This document shows positions 18,376 to 26,222 of a stretch of DNA of 64,000 nucleotides, one piece after another. Numbering within the stretch: position 1 is the stretch's first letter; each line of letters starts with the position of its first letter. The notes under the pieces were generated by a model that did not search any database, was not told the origin of the DNA, and was given only the letters and a program-made list of their open reading frames with translations. This DNA comes from Candidatus Ribeiella danica (GTDB lineage Bacteria; Chloroflexota; Chloroflexia; Chloroflexales; Roseiflexaceae): the NCBI GenBank assembly GCA_016717335.1, contig JADKFS010000012.1:29421-93420 (forward strand), in the 5' to 3' direction. The translations under genes were made by a program, and so were the position numbers.

Positions 18376-20262
18376 GTGCAAGCATCTCCCGCGCGACAGC
18401 GGCCGGCCGGGCGCGGCTCAAGCAGCGGCGGGCTGCGCCGCGCGCTCGGCTACCTTGCCCGGCAGCGCCGCAGCGCCGCGATGGCCTACGGCGCGCTGGT
18501 GGTCGCGACGATCGCCCAGCTCGCGGTGCCGCAGCTGGTGCAGAACATGATCGACGCGGTCACGAACGGCACGATCGCGCGGATCATCCTGGGGCTGCCC
18601 GCGCCGGCCCAGCCGCTCGCGGCGCAGCGCGCCAACACCACGATCGAGCAGCTCAAGGCCAACCAGGCCGGCGCCGAGTCGCTGCTGATCAACGCCGCGC
18701 TGATCATCGTCGCGTTCGCGCTGATGCGCGGCGTGTTCTCGTTCGTGCAGGCGTTCATGGCCGAGAAGACCTCGCAGGGCATGGCGTTCGACCTGCGCAA
18801 CGAGATCTTCGCCAAGATCCAGCGGCTCTCGTTCAGCTACTACGACCGCAACCAGACCGGCCAGCTCATGATCCGCGCCACCGACGACGTCGAGAAGGTG
18901 CGCATGTTCATCGCCCAGGGGCTGGTGCTGGCGGCGCAGGCGTTCCTGCTGCTGACCGCCGCGCTGATCATTCTGGTTCTGACCAACTGGCGGCTCACGC
19001 TGTGGATCCTGCCGACGCTGCCGATCGCGCTGGCGCTGTTCATGGCCTTCGGCGCGATCAGCCAGCCGCTGTTCGGCGAGATCCAGCGCCGGCTCTCGGC
19101 GCTAAACACGATCCTGCAGGAGAACCTGGCCGGCATCAAGGTGATCAAGGCGTTCGCGCGCGAGCCGTACGAGGAGCAGCGCTTCGACCGATCCGCCACG
19201 GCGCTGATGGAGCAGCAGCTGCGCGTCAGCCGGGTCTTCTCGTTCCTGTTCCCGGTGATCTTCCTGATCGCCCAGATCGGCCAGGCGGTGATCCTGTACT
19301 TCGGCGGCCAGCAGATCGTCGCCGGCACGCTGAACCTGGGCGAGTACCAGAAGTTCAGCCTGTACCTGATCTATGTGTTCTTCCCGCTCGGCCAGCTCGG
19401 CTTCATCATCTCGCTGATGGCCCAGGCCGGCGCCTCGGCCGGGCGGATCTTCGAGATCCTCGACTCGAAGAGCGACATCGTCGATCGGCCCGGCGCCGCC
19501 GCCCTGCCGCCGATCGAGGGCCGCGTCGAGCTTCGGCAGGTGACCTTCCGCTACTTCGGCAGCGGCGACCCGGTGCTGCGCGATGTCAGCTTCGTCGCCG
19601 AGCCGGGCCAGACGATCGCGCTGTTGGGGGCCACCGGCAGCGGCAAGACCACGATCATCAACCTCATCCCGCGCTTCTACGACACCAGCGAGGGCGCGAT
19701 CCTGATCGACGGCCACGACATCCGCGACGTCACGCTGGACAGCCTGCGCTCGCAGATCGGCATCGTGCTGCAGGAGACCAACCTGTTCAGCGGGACGATC
19801 CGCGACAACATCGCCTTCGGCCGGCCCGACGCGACGATCGAGCAGGTCCAGGCCGCCGCGCAGGCCGCCTCGGCGCACGACTTCATCATTGGCTTCGCCC
19901 AAGGCTACGACACGCCGGTCGGCGAGCGCGGCACGACGCTCTCGGGCGGGCAGAAGCAGCGCATCGCGATCGCGCGCGCGCTGCTGCTCGACCCGCGCCT
20001 GCTGATCCTGGACGACTCGACCAGCAGCGTCGACCTGCAGACCGAGCACAAGATCCAGCAGGCGCTCGACAACCTGATGCAGGGCCGCACCAGCTTCGTG
20101 ATCGCCCAGCGCATCAGCACCGTGCTGAACGCCGACCAGATCCTGGTGCTCGACAAGGGCCAGGTCGTCGCCGCGGGCGTCCACGAGGAGCTGATGGAGA
20201 GCAGCCCGATCTACGCCGAGATCTACCACTCGCAGCTGATCGGCGACACCGTGACGGCGTGA
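18376..20262 (+). CDS. ABC transporter ATP-binding/permease protein (MsbA-like exporter, half-transporter 1)
   Basis: GTG 18376 seven nt after AAGGAG (ATG at 18355 also possible); 6 TM then NBD with GATGSGKTT Walker A, LSGGQKQRIAIARAL signature, LILDDSTSSVD Walker B. Confidence 0.85.
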   Translation: MQASPARQRPAGRGSSSGGLRRALGYLARQRRSAAMAYGALVVATIAQLAVPQLVQNMIDAVTNGTIARIILGLPAPAQPLAAQRANTTIEQLKANQAGAESLLINAALIIVAFALMRGVFSFVQAFMAEKTSQGMAFDLRNEIFAKIQRLSFSYYDRNQTGQLMIRATDDVEKVRMFIAQGLVLAAQAFLLLTAALIILVLTNWRLTLWILPTLPIALALFMAFGAISQPLFGEIQRRLSALNTILQENLAGIKVIKAFAREPYEEQRFDRSATALMEQQLRVSRVFSFLFPVIFLIAQIGQAVILYFGGQQIVAGTLNLGEYQKFSLYLIYVFFPLGQLGFIISLMAQAGASAGRIFEILDSKSDIVDRPGAAALPPIEGRVELRQVTFRYFGSGDPVLRDVSFVAEPGQTIALLGATGSGKTTIINLIPRFYDTSEGAILIDGHDIRDVTLDSLRSQIGIVLQETNLFSGTIRDNIAFGRPDATIEQVQAAAQAASAHDFIIGFAQGYDTPVGERGTTLSGGQKQRIAIARALLLDPRLLILDDSTSSVDLQTEHKIQQALDNLMQGRTSFVIAQRISTVLNADQILVLDKGQVVAAGVHEELMESSPIYAEIYHSQLIGDTVTA

Positions 20263-20265
20263 GGG

Positions 20266-20333
20266 GGAGACAAGGAGACAAGGAGACAAGGAGACAAGGA
20301 GACAAGGAGACAAGGAGACAAGGAGACAAGGGG
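20266..20333. repeat. Tandem octamer array (GAGACAAG) x8
   Basis: ggagacaaggagacaaggagacaagg... read directly, immediately after stop of ABC gene 1. Confidence 0.95.
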
Positions 20334-20358
20334 AAGGTCTGTTTGTAGTGGGAGGTGG

Positions 20359-20793
20359 ATGATGGGTGGGAAGATACGGACGCATCGCGAGCTGGAGGCT
20401 TATCGAAAAGCTTTTGACACTGCGATGGAGATCTTCGAGCTGTCGAGAGGCTTCCCACGTGAAGAGACCTATTCGCTCACGGATCAGATCCGTCGCTCAT
20501 CGCGCTCGGTCTGTGCAAACTTGGCGGAGGCCTGGCGCAAGCGCCGCTACGAGAAAGCATTCGTCGCCAAACTCTGCGACGCCGAGAGCGAGGCCGCCGA
20601 GACACAGGTTTGGCTGGAGTTCGCGCTCAAGTGCGGCTACATCCAGCGGGATAACGCCAATGCGCTCTATCAAGCCTGCGAAGAGGTTACCAAGCTGCTT
20701 GTCAGCATGATTGCCAGCCCGGAGAAATGGACGATCGGCTACTCAGACAGATCGATCCAGGAGGCTTCTGAAGAATATGAGGCACTCCTGTAA
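20359..20793 (+). CDS. Four-helix-bundle protein (23S rRNA intervening-sequence protein family)
   Basis: 144 aa; RELEAYRKAFDTAMEIFELSRGFPREETYSLTDQIRRSSRSVCANLAEAWRKRRYEKAFVAKLCDAESEAAETQVWLEFALKCGYI matches family consensus; markedly lower GC (~55%) than flanks. Confidence 0.8.
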   Translation: MMGGKIRTHRELEAYRKAFDTAMEIFELSRGFPREETYSLTDQIRRSSRSVCANLAEAWRKRRYEKAFVAKLCDAESEAAETQVWLEFALKCGYIQRDNANALYQACEEVTKLLVSMIASPEKWTIGYSDRSIQEASEEYEALL

Positions 20794-20822
20794 ATCTCAG
20801 CTCATCGAGAAGCTGCTGCCGA

Positions 20823-20849
20823 TCTCCTTGTCTCCTTGTCTCCTTGTCT
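20823..20849. repeat. Tandem octamer array (TCTCCTTG) x3.5, inverse orientation of 20266-20333 array
   Basis: tctccttgtctccttgtctccttgtc read directly. Confidence 0.9.
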
Positions 20850-20918
20850 AGGGTGAGAAGCGTAACATGTCTTGCGGGTAAAAAGTCTCGAAGACATACA
20901 GAACCCGGAGCAACACAT

Positions 20919-22961
20919 ATGATGGGAGGACCCGGCGGTCCCGGCCGCCTCTTGAATACCGAGGCCCAGAAGCCCAAGAATCTGGGCGCGACGCTGGCGC
21001 GGTTCGGCTACTACTTCGGCAAGTACTGGGTCGGCATTGTGCTAACCATGCTGCTGATCGTCGGCGGCGTCTGGACGCAGGTGACCGCGCCGGAGCTGAT
21101 CGGCCAGGCGGTCGACTGCTACCTGGCGCCGCAGGCCGGCGCCAGCAGCTGCTGGTACACGGCCGCCGACCCCGCCGCGACGGCGGACGCGCGGGTGGCC
21201 GGCCTAGGCGCGCTGGTGCTGCTGCTGGTGGCGCTGTTCGTGGGCGGCTCGCTGATGAACGGCCTGGCCTTCTACACAATGAACTGGTCGGGCCAGCACG
21301 CGCTGCGGCGCATTCGCGAGGACCTGTTCGAGCAGGTGCACCGGCTGTCGCTGGGCTACTACGCCGAGAACGAGGCCGGCAACGTCATGAGCCGGATCAC
21401 CAGCGATACCGACACGATCCAGCAGGCGATCGGCTTCGCGCTGATCAACGTCGTCAGCGGCGCGCTGCTGATCGTCTGGATCATGGTCAAGATGCTGCAG
21501 GAGAACGTGCCCTACGCGCTGCTGAGCCTGAGCGTCGTGCCGGTGATGGCGGTGGCGACCGGCTACTTCTCGGGCCAGGCGCGCAAGGCCTTCCGCAAGA
21601 GCCGCCAGCAGATGGGCAACGTCAACGCCGGCCTGCAGGAGAGCATCGCCGGCGTGCGCGAGGTCCAGGCGTTCAACCGCGAGGACGAGAGCATCGAGCA
21701 GTTCCGCCGCGCCAACGCCGCCAACCGCGACGCGAACGTGCGCGCGGCCAGCTTCACCACCGCGCTGAACCCGGTGCTCGAGGCGCTCGGCTACGTCGCG
21801 CTGGCGATCGTCGTGGTGGTCGGCGGCCTGTCGCTGCTGCGCGGCCAGCCGCTGCTGGGCGGCAGGGCGATCACGCTCGGCGTGGTGTTCGCGTTCCTGC
21901 AGTACGTGCAGCGCTTCAACCAGCCGATCCAGCAGATCGCGGTGCTGTGGACCAACGTGCAGAGCGCGATCGCCGGCGGCGAGCGGATCTTCGGCCTGCT
22001 CGACGTCGCGCCCGAGATCAGCGACAAGCCCGGCGCGATCGAGATGCCGCCGATCCGCGGGCGGGTCGCGTTCGAGGATGTGACGTTCAGCTACCAGGCT
22101 GGGACAAGGGACTTGGGGCTAGGAGCTAGGGATCAGGGATCGGAGGCCCGTAATACGGCGATCGCCGCATCGAATGGCACCGGAGCTCAGGCCCCAAGCC
22201 CCAAGCCCCGAGCCCCGAGCCCCGACGGCTCACAAGCCCCAAGCCCCAAGCTCCAAGCCCCAACCGTGCTGAACGGCGTCTCGCTCGTCGCCGAGCCGGG
22301 CCAGATGATCGCGATCGTCGGGCCGACCGGCGCGGGCAAGACCACGATCATCAACCTCATCCCGCGCTTCTACGACGTGTCGAGCGGCGCGGTCAAGATC
22401 GACGGGGTCGACGTGCGCGACGTGACGCGCACCAGCCTGCGCTCGCAGATCGGCATCGTGCTGCAGGACTCGTTCCTGTTCTCCGACACGGTGATGAACA
22501 ACATCCGCTACGGCCGTCTCGACGCGACCGACGAGGAGGTGATCGCCGCGGCGAAGCTGGCCTCGGCCGACAGCTTCATCGAGCGGCTGCCCGAGGGCTA
22601 CCAGACGGTCCTGGGCGAGCGCGGCAGCGGCCTGAGCCAGGGCCAGCGCCAGCTGATCTCGATCGCGCGCGCGGCGCTGGCCAGCCCGCGCATCCTGATC
22701 CTCGACGAGGCGACATCGAGCGTGGACACGCGCACCGAGCGGCTGATCCAGAAGGCGTTCGACCAGCTGCTGGAGGGCCGCACCAGCTTCGTGATCGCCC
22801 ACCGGCTCAGCACGATCCAGCACGCCGATCAGGTACTGATGCTCCAGGCCGGCCAGATCGTCGAGCGCGGCACCCACGCCGAGCTGCTGGCCCGGCGCGG
22901 CCCGTACTACGATCTGTACATGAGCCAGTTCCGCCGCGAGGAGGAGCAGGTCGGGACGTGA
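20919..22961 (+). CDS. ABC transporter ATP-binding/permease protein (half-transporter 2) carrying an in-frame repeat-encoded insertion in the NBD
   Basis: Start MMGGPGGPGRLL (ATG 20919/20922); 6 TM; NBD with GPTGAGKTT, LSQGQRQLISIARAA, LILDEATSSVD; ~55-aa insertion between FSYQ and VLNGVSL relative to paralog upstream. Confidence 0.85.
   Translation: MMGGPGGPGRLLNTEAQKPKNLGATLARFGYYFGKYWVGIVLTMLLIVGGVWTQVTAPELIGQAVDCYLAPQAGASSCWYTAADPAATADARVAGLGALVLLLVALFVGGSLMNGLAFYTMNWSGQHALRRIREDLFEQVHRLSLGYYAENEAGNVMSRITSDTDTIQQAIGFALINVVSGALLIVWIMVKMLQENVPYALLSLSVVPVMAVATGYFSGQARKAFRKSRQQMGNVNAGLQESIAGVREVQAFNREDESIEQFRRANAANRDANVRAASFTTALNPVLEALGYVALAIVVVVGGLSLLRGQPLLGGRAITLGVVFAFLQYVQRFNQPIQQIAVLWTNVQSAIAGGERIFGLLDVAPEISDKPGAIEMPPIRGRVAFEDVTFSYQAGTRDLGLGARDQGSEARNTAIAASNGTGAQAPSPKPRAPSPDGSQAPSPKLQAPTVLNGVSLVAEPGQMIAIVGPTGAGKTTIINLIPRFYDVSSGAVKIDGVDVRDVTRTSLRSQIGIVLQDSFLFSDTVMNNIRYGRLDATDEEVIAAAKLASADSFIERLPEGYQTVLGERGSGLSQGQRQLISIARAALASPRILILDEATSSVDTRTERLIQKAFDQLLEGRTSFVIAHRLSTIQHADQVLMLQAGQIVERGTHAELLARRGPYYDLYMSQFRREEEQVGT
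22096..22262. repeat. Heptamer-type tandem repeats (GGGACAA/GGGACTT/CTAGGGA then CCCCAAG/CCCCGAG x~9) embedded in-frame inside ABC transporter CDS
   Basis: gggacaagggacttggggctaggagctagggatcagggatcgg...gccccaagccccaagccccgagccccgagccccgacggctcacaagccccaagccccaagctccaagcccc; translates GTRDLGLGARDQGS...APSPKPRAPSPDGSQAPSPKLQAP. Confidence 0.9.
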
Positions 22962-23043
22962 ACGCGGAGCTGCGGAGGGCGCGTGGACTTCCGCTGCCGC
23001 GCCGCTCTTCCCCCGCCGCTCTATCTTCGGCTATAATGCCGCC

Positions 23044-24516
23044 ATGACCATCGAGACCATTCTCCTGGCCGTAGCGCTGCTGCTCGTCGCGAGCATTATC
23101 GCGAGCACCGCCTCCCACCGGCTCGGCATCCCCGCGCTGGTGTTCTTCCTTGCGATTGGAATGCTCGCCGGATCGGACGGCCTCGGTGGGATCGCCTTCG
23201 ACAACGCCTGGCAGGCCCAGTCGGTCGGGGTGGTGGCGCTGGCCTACATCCTGTTCTCGGGCGGCATGGACACCGACTGGCGGCGGATCAGGCCGGTGCT
23301 CTCGGCCGGGCTGCTGCTGGCGAACGTCGGCGTCGCCGTCAGCGCGCTGCTGGTGGCCGGCTTCGTGGTGCTGGTGCTCGACTTCACGCCGATCGCCGGC
23401 CTGCTGCTCGGCGCGATCGTCTCGTCGACCGACGCCGCCGCAGTGTTCTCGGTGATGCGCACCCGCGGCGTCCGGCTGCGCGGCGACCTCGAGCCACTGA
23501 TCGAGCTGGAGTCCGGCAGCAACGATCCGATCGCGGTGTTCCTGACGATCGGCCTGACCGGCCTGCTGTCCAACCCTGGCGCCTCGCTGATCGGACTCGT
23601 GCCGGCGTTTGTCATGCAGATGGCGATCGGCGCGCTGGGCGGCTACCTGTTCGGCGTCGCGATGACATGGCTGATCAACCGGCTGCGGCTGCGCCAGGAG
23701 GGCCTGTACCCGGTGCTGACGCTCGCACTGGTGCTGCTGACCTACAGCGCCACGGCCGAGCTGGGTGGCAACGGCTTCCTGGCGGTCTACCTGGCCGGCA
23801 TCGTCATCGGCAACCGCGACTTCGTGCACAAGCGCAGCCTGATGCGCTTCCACGACGGGATCGCCTGGCTGATGCAGATCGGGATGTTCCTGGTGCTGGG
23901 GCTGCTGGTGTTCCCCTCGCGGCTCGTGCCGGTGGCCGGCGCCGGCCTGCTCGTCTCGGCCTTCCTGATCGTCGTCGCGCGCCCGCTGAGCGTCTTCGCC
24001 GCGCTGGCGCTGACCCGGCTGGGCGCGCGCGACAAGCTCATGGTCGCGTGGTCGGGGCTGCGCGGCTCGGTGCCGATCGTCCTGGCGACCTACCCGCTGC
24101 TGGAGGGGGTCGCCAACGCCGACCTGATCTTTCACCTGGTCTTCTTCATCGTGCTGACGTCGGTGGTGATCCAGGGCAGCTCGATTGGCTTCGTCGCGAA
24201 GCTGCTGGGCGTGCAGGACTCGCGCCAGGCCGGCTACCGCTACCCGCTCGAGTTCGTGCCCGAGATCAGCCAGGGCAGCCAGCTCAGCGAGCTGGCGGTC
24301 CCGCGCGGGTCGTCGCTCGACGGCAGGTCGATCGTGGAGATCGGGCTGCCGCGCGGGGCGCTGGTCGTGCTGGTGCGGCGCGGCGACGAGAGCATCGTCC
24401 CGAACGGCGGCACCATCCTGGAGGCCGATGACCGGCTGGTGATGCTGGCGGACGGCGAGGCGCTGGCGTCGATACAGTTGCGCCTTGCCGGCGAGGAGGA
24501 GGCCGCGGCCGGCTGA
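23044..24516 (+). CDS. K+/H+ (cation:proton) antiporter, NhaP2/CvrA family with C-terminal TrkA-C domain
   Basis: 490 aa; ~12 TM; LIELESGSNDPIAVFLTIG typical CPA1 motif; C-terminal GRSIVEIGLPRGALVVLVRRGDESIVPNGGTILEADDRLVMLAD is TrkA-C/RCK_C. Confidence 0.85.
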   Translation: MTIETILLAVALLLVASIIASTASHRLGIPALVFFLAIGMLAGSDGLGGIAFDNAWQAQSVGVVALAYILFSGGMDTDWRRIRPVLSAGLLLANVGVAVSALLVAGFVVLVLDFTPIAGLLLGAIVSSTDAAAVFSVMRTRGVRLRGDLEPLIELESGSNDPIAVFLTIGLTGLLSNPGASLIGLVPAFVMQMAIGALGGYLFGVAMTWLINRLRLRQEGLYPVLTLALVLLTYSATAELGGNGFLAVYLAGIVIGNRDFVHKRSLMRFHDGIAWLMQIGMFLVLGLLVFPSRLVPVAGAGLLVSAFLIVVARPLSVFAALALTRLGARDKLMVAWSGLRGSVPIVLATYPLLEGVANADLIFHLVFFIVLTSVVIQGSSIGFVAKLLGVQDSRQAGYRYPLEFVPEISQGSQLSELAVPRGSSLDGRSIVEIGLPRGALVVLVRRGDESIVPNGGTILEADDRLVMLADGEALASIQLRLAGEEEAAAG

Positions 24517-24539
24517 TCGTTCATTCGTGGCACGCTGCT

Positions 24540-25100
24540 CGTGGGGGCTGCGCGCCCCCGTGCCCCCCGGCCGGGGCTTGCGCCCCTGGACCCCAAGGAG
24601 ACCAGGTGACAAGGTGACAAGATGCCAACGTGCCAACGTGCCAACAGGCTTGGAACGATGGACAGATGACACAGCCCGTTGCAGCCCGACCGGTCGGAAT
24701 GTGGATGGGCATGCGCCACGATCATTGCAACTGATCCGGCATCATTTGCCGGAGGGGGGCCGGGGGAACCGGCGCGGGTTCCCCCGGGCGGGGGGCGCAG
24801 GCCCGAAAGAAACGGGGGGGGGCGCAGCGCCCGAAAGACAGCCCGCGCAGCTTCCTGAACCGGCGCGGGTTCCCCCGGGCGGGGGGCCGGGGGGCGCAGC
24901 GCCCCGAAAGAAACCGGGCGGGGGGCCGGGGGCGCAGCGCCCCGAAAGACAGCCCGCGCAGCTTCCTGAACCGGCGCGGGTTCCCCCGGGCGGGGGGCCG
25001 GGGGCGCAGCGCCCCGAAAGAAACCGGGCGGGGGGCCGGGGGCGCAGCGCCCCGAAAGACAGCCCGCGCAGCGCCCCACCCAGCACCGGCGCAGCCGGCA
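24540..25100. repeat. Composite GC-rich repeat cluster: family C fragment (GGGGCTTGCGCCCCTGGACCCCAA), GTGACAA/GTGCCAAC short tandems, CATCATTTGCCGGAGGGGGGCC module, then ~110-bp unit x3 built of GGGGCGCAGCGCCCCGAAAGA hairpins
   Basis: Read directly; 24770-25080 contains three near-identical ~111-bp units. Confidence 0.85.
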
Positions 25101-25161
25101 CAGTATGCTATACTTGGCAGACAACCGCAGGCGCGCAGCATCCCCAGTGAAAGGAACAAGT

Positions 25162-25938
25162 ATGGCCCCGGCCAGTAGTCTGGTGGCGCTCTTCAGCGCG
25201 ATGACGCAGAATCTTCAGCAGGATCGGGCGGATCTCAACCGGCTCGACCGCGGCGACGGCGACGCCGGCGACAACATGGCCGCCAATTTCCAGATCGTCA
25301 CCGATACGCTTTCCAGCGCCATCCAGCAGGGCGGCCAGAAGGCCGACGTCGGGGCGGCGCTGCGGCAGGCGGCCGAGGCGCTCAAGCAGCAGGGCCAGGG
25401 CGCGACGGCGCCAATCTACGCCCAGGGCATCGCGGACGCGGCGCAGCGCCTGCAGGGGAAGTCGAGCTTCTCGATCGACGACCTGCTGCCGCTGCTCCAG
25501 GGGCTGCTGAGCGGCTCGCAGCAGGCCAGCGGCATGCAGCCGGGGCAGGGCTCGCTGATCGATGTGCTGCTGCCCGGCGTCATGACCTACATGCAGGCCA
25601 AGCAGGCCGGCGACTCGGATCTGCAGGCGATCCTCAAGGCGATGCTGAACCTGCGGCGCGGCGCTAACAGCACGGCCGCCTCGCCGATCGGCTTCGGCAA
25701 CGACAGCCAGCGCGATACGACCGGCCAGATTGACCCGGGCGCGGCCGGCGCAGCCTCGCTGCTGGAGGGCCTGTTCGGGGCGCTCCTGAACGGGGCGCTG
25801 CAGCAGCAGAGCCGCCCCGCGCCCACGCCCGCCCCGCAGCCGGCGCAGGGCAGCGGCGGGAATCTCGGCGACCTGCTCGGCCAGCTCTTCAGCGACCAGG
25901 GCCAGCCGCCCACGGCGCGGCGCAGCCATCGCCGCTGA
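25162..25938 (+). CDS. DAK2 (DhaL-like) domain-containing protein
   Basis: ATG 25162 after AAAGGA; LNRLDRGDGDAGDNMAANF matches the DhaL/Dak2 D-x-GDGD-x-G-x-NM motif; Gly/Gln-rich C-terminus. Confidence 0.55.
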   Translation: MAPASSLVALFSAMTQNLQQDRADLNRLDRGDGDAGDNMAANFQIVTDTLSSAIQQGGQKADVGAALRQAAEALKQQGQGATAPIYAQGIADAAQRLQGKSSFSIDDLLPLLQGLLSGSQQASGMQPGQGSLIDVLLPGVMTYMQAKQAGDSDLQAILKAMLNLRRGANSTAASPIGFGNDSQRDTTGQIDPGAAGAASLLEGLFGALLNGALQQQSRPAPTPAPQPAQGSGGNLGDLLGQLFSDQGQPPTARRSHRR

Positions 25939-26222
25939 GCCTCCGATCGGCGCGCCGCCGCCCGCCCGATCCCTCGCGGGGTCGGGCTTTTGTTTATGCG
26001 CTGTGGATGCGCCGGATCACCCCCGCTCGCCCCCGGCCACAAGCATAGCCCATACGCCCGCACCTCGTAAGCAGCCCCGCCGACGGCTTGCCTGGTGGAG
26101 TATAATCCATGCAGGATGACGATCTGTTGTGGGGCTGAGCCCGCGCAGCCCGCCGCGCGCGGCCCGGCCCTTCCATATGGGAGCTGCGGCGGATCTTCTG
26201 CCGCGCCTCACTGCTCGCTGCC

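Noticed and set aside
18201-20348. 715-aa plus-strand ORF and 19102..20385 minus ORF
   Set aside because: Shadow frames of the ABC exporter gene; C-terminus is just the translated octamer array.
22807-24672. 621-aa minus-strand ORF
   Set aside because: Antisense to NhaP antiporter; extreme Arg/Gln/Asp low complexity.
24770-25080. Possible CRISPR array
   Set aside because: Repeats are ~111-bp units with identical intervening sequence (no unique spacers); no cas genes; same for 47585-48130 and all 7-10-bp arrays.
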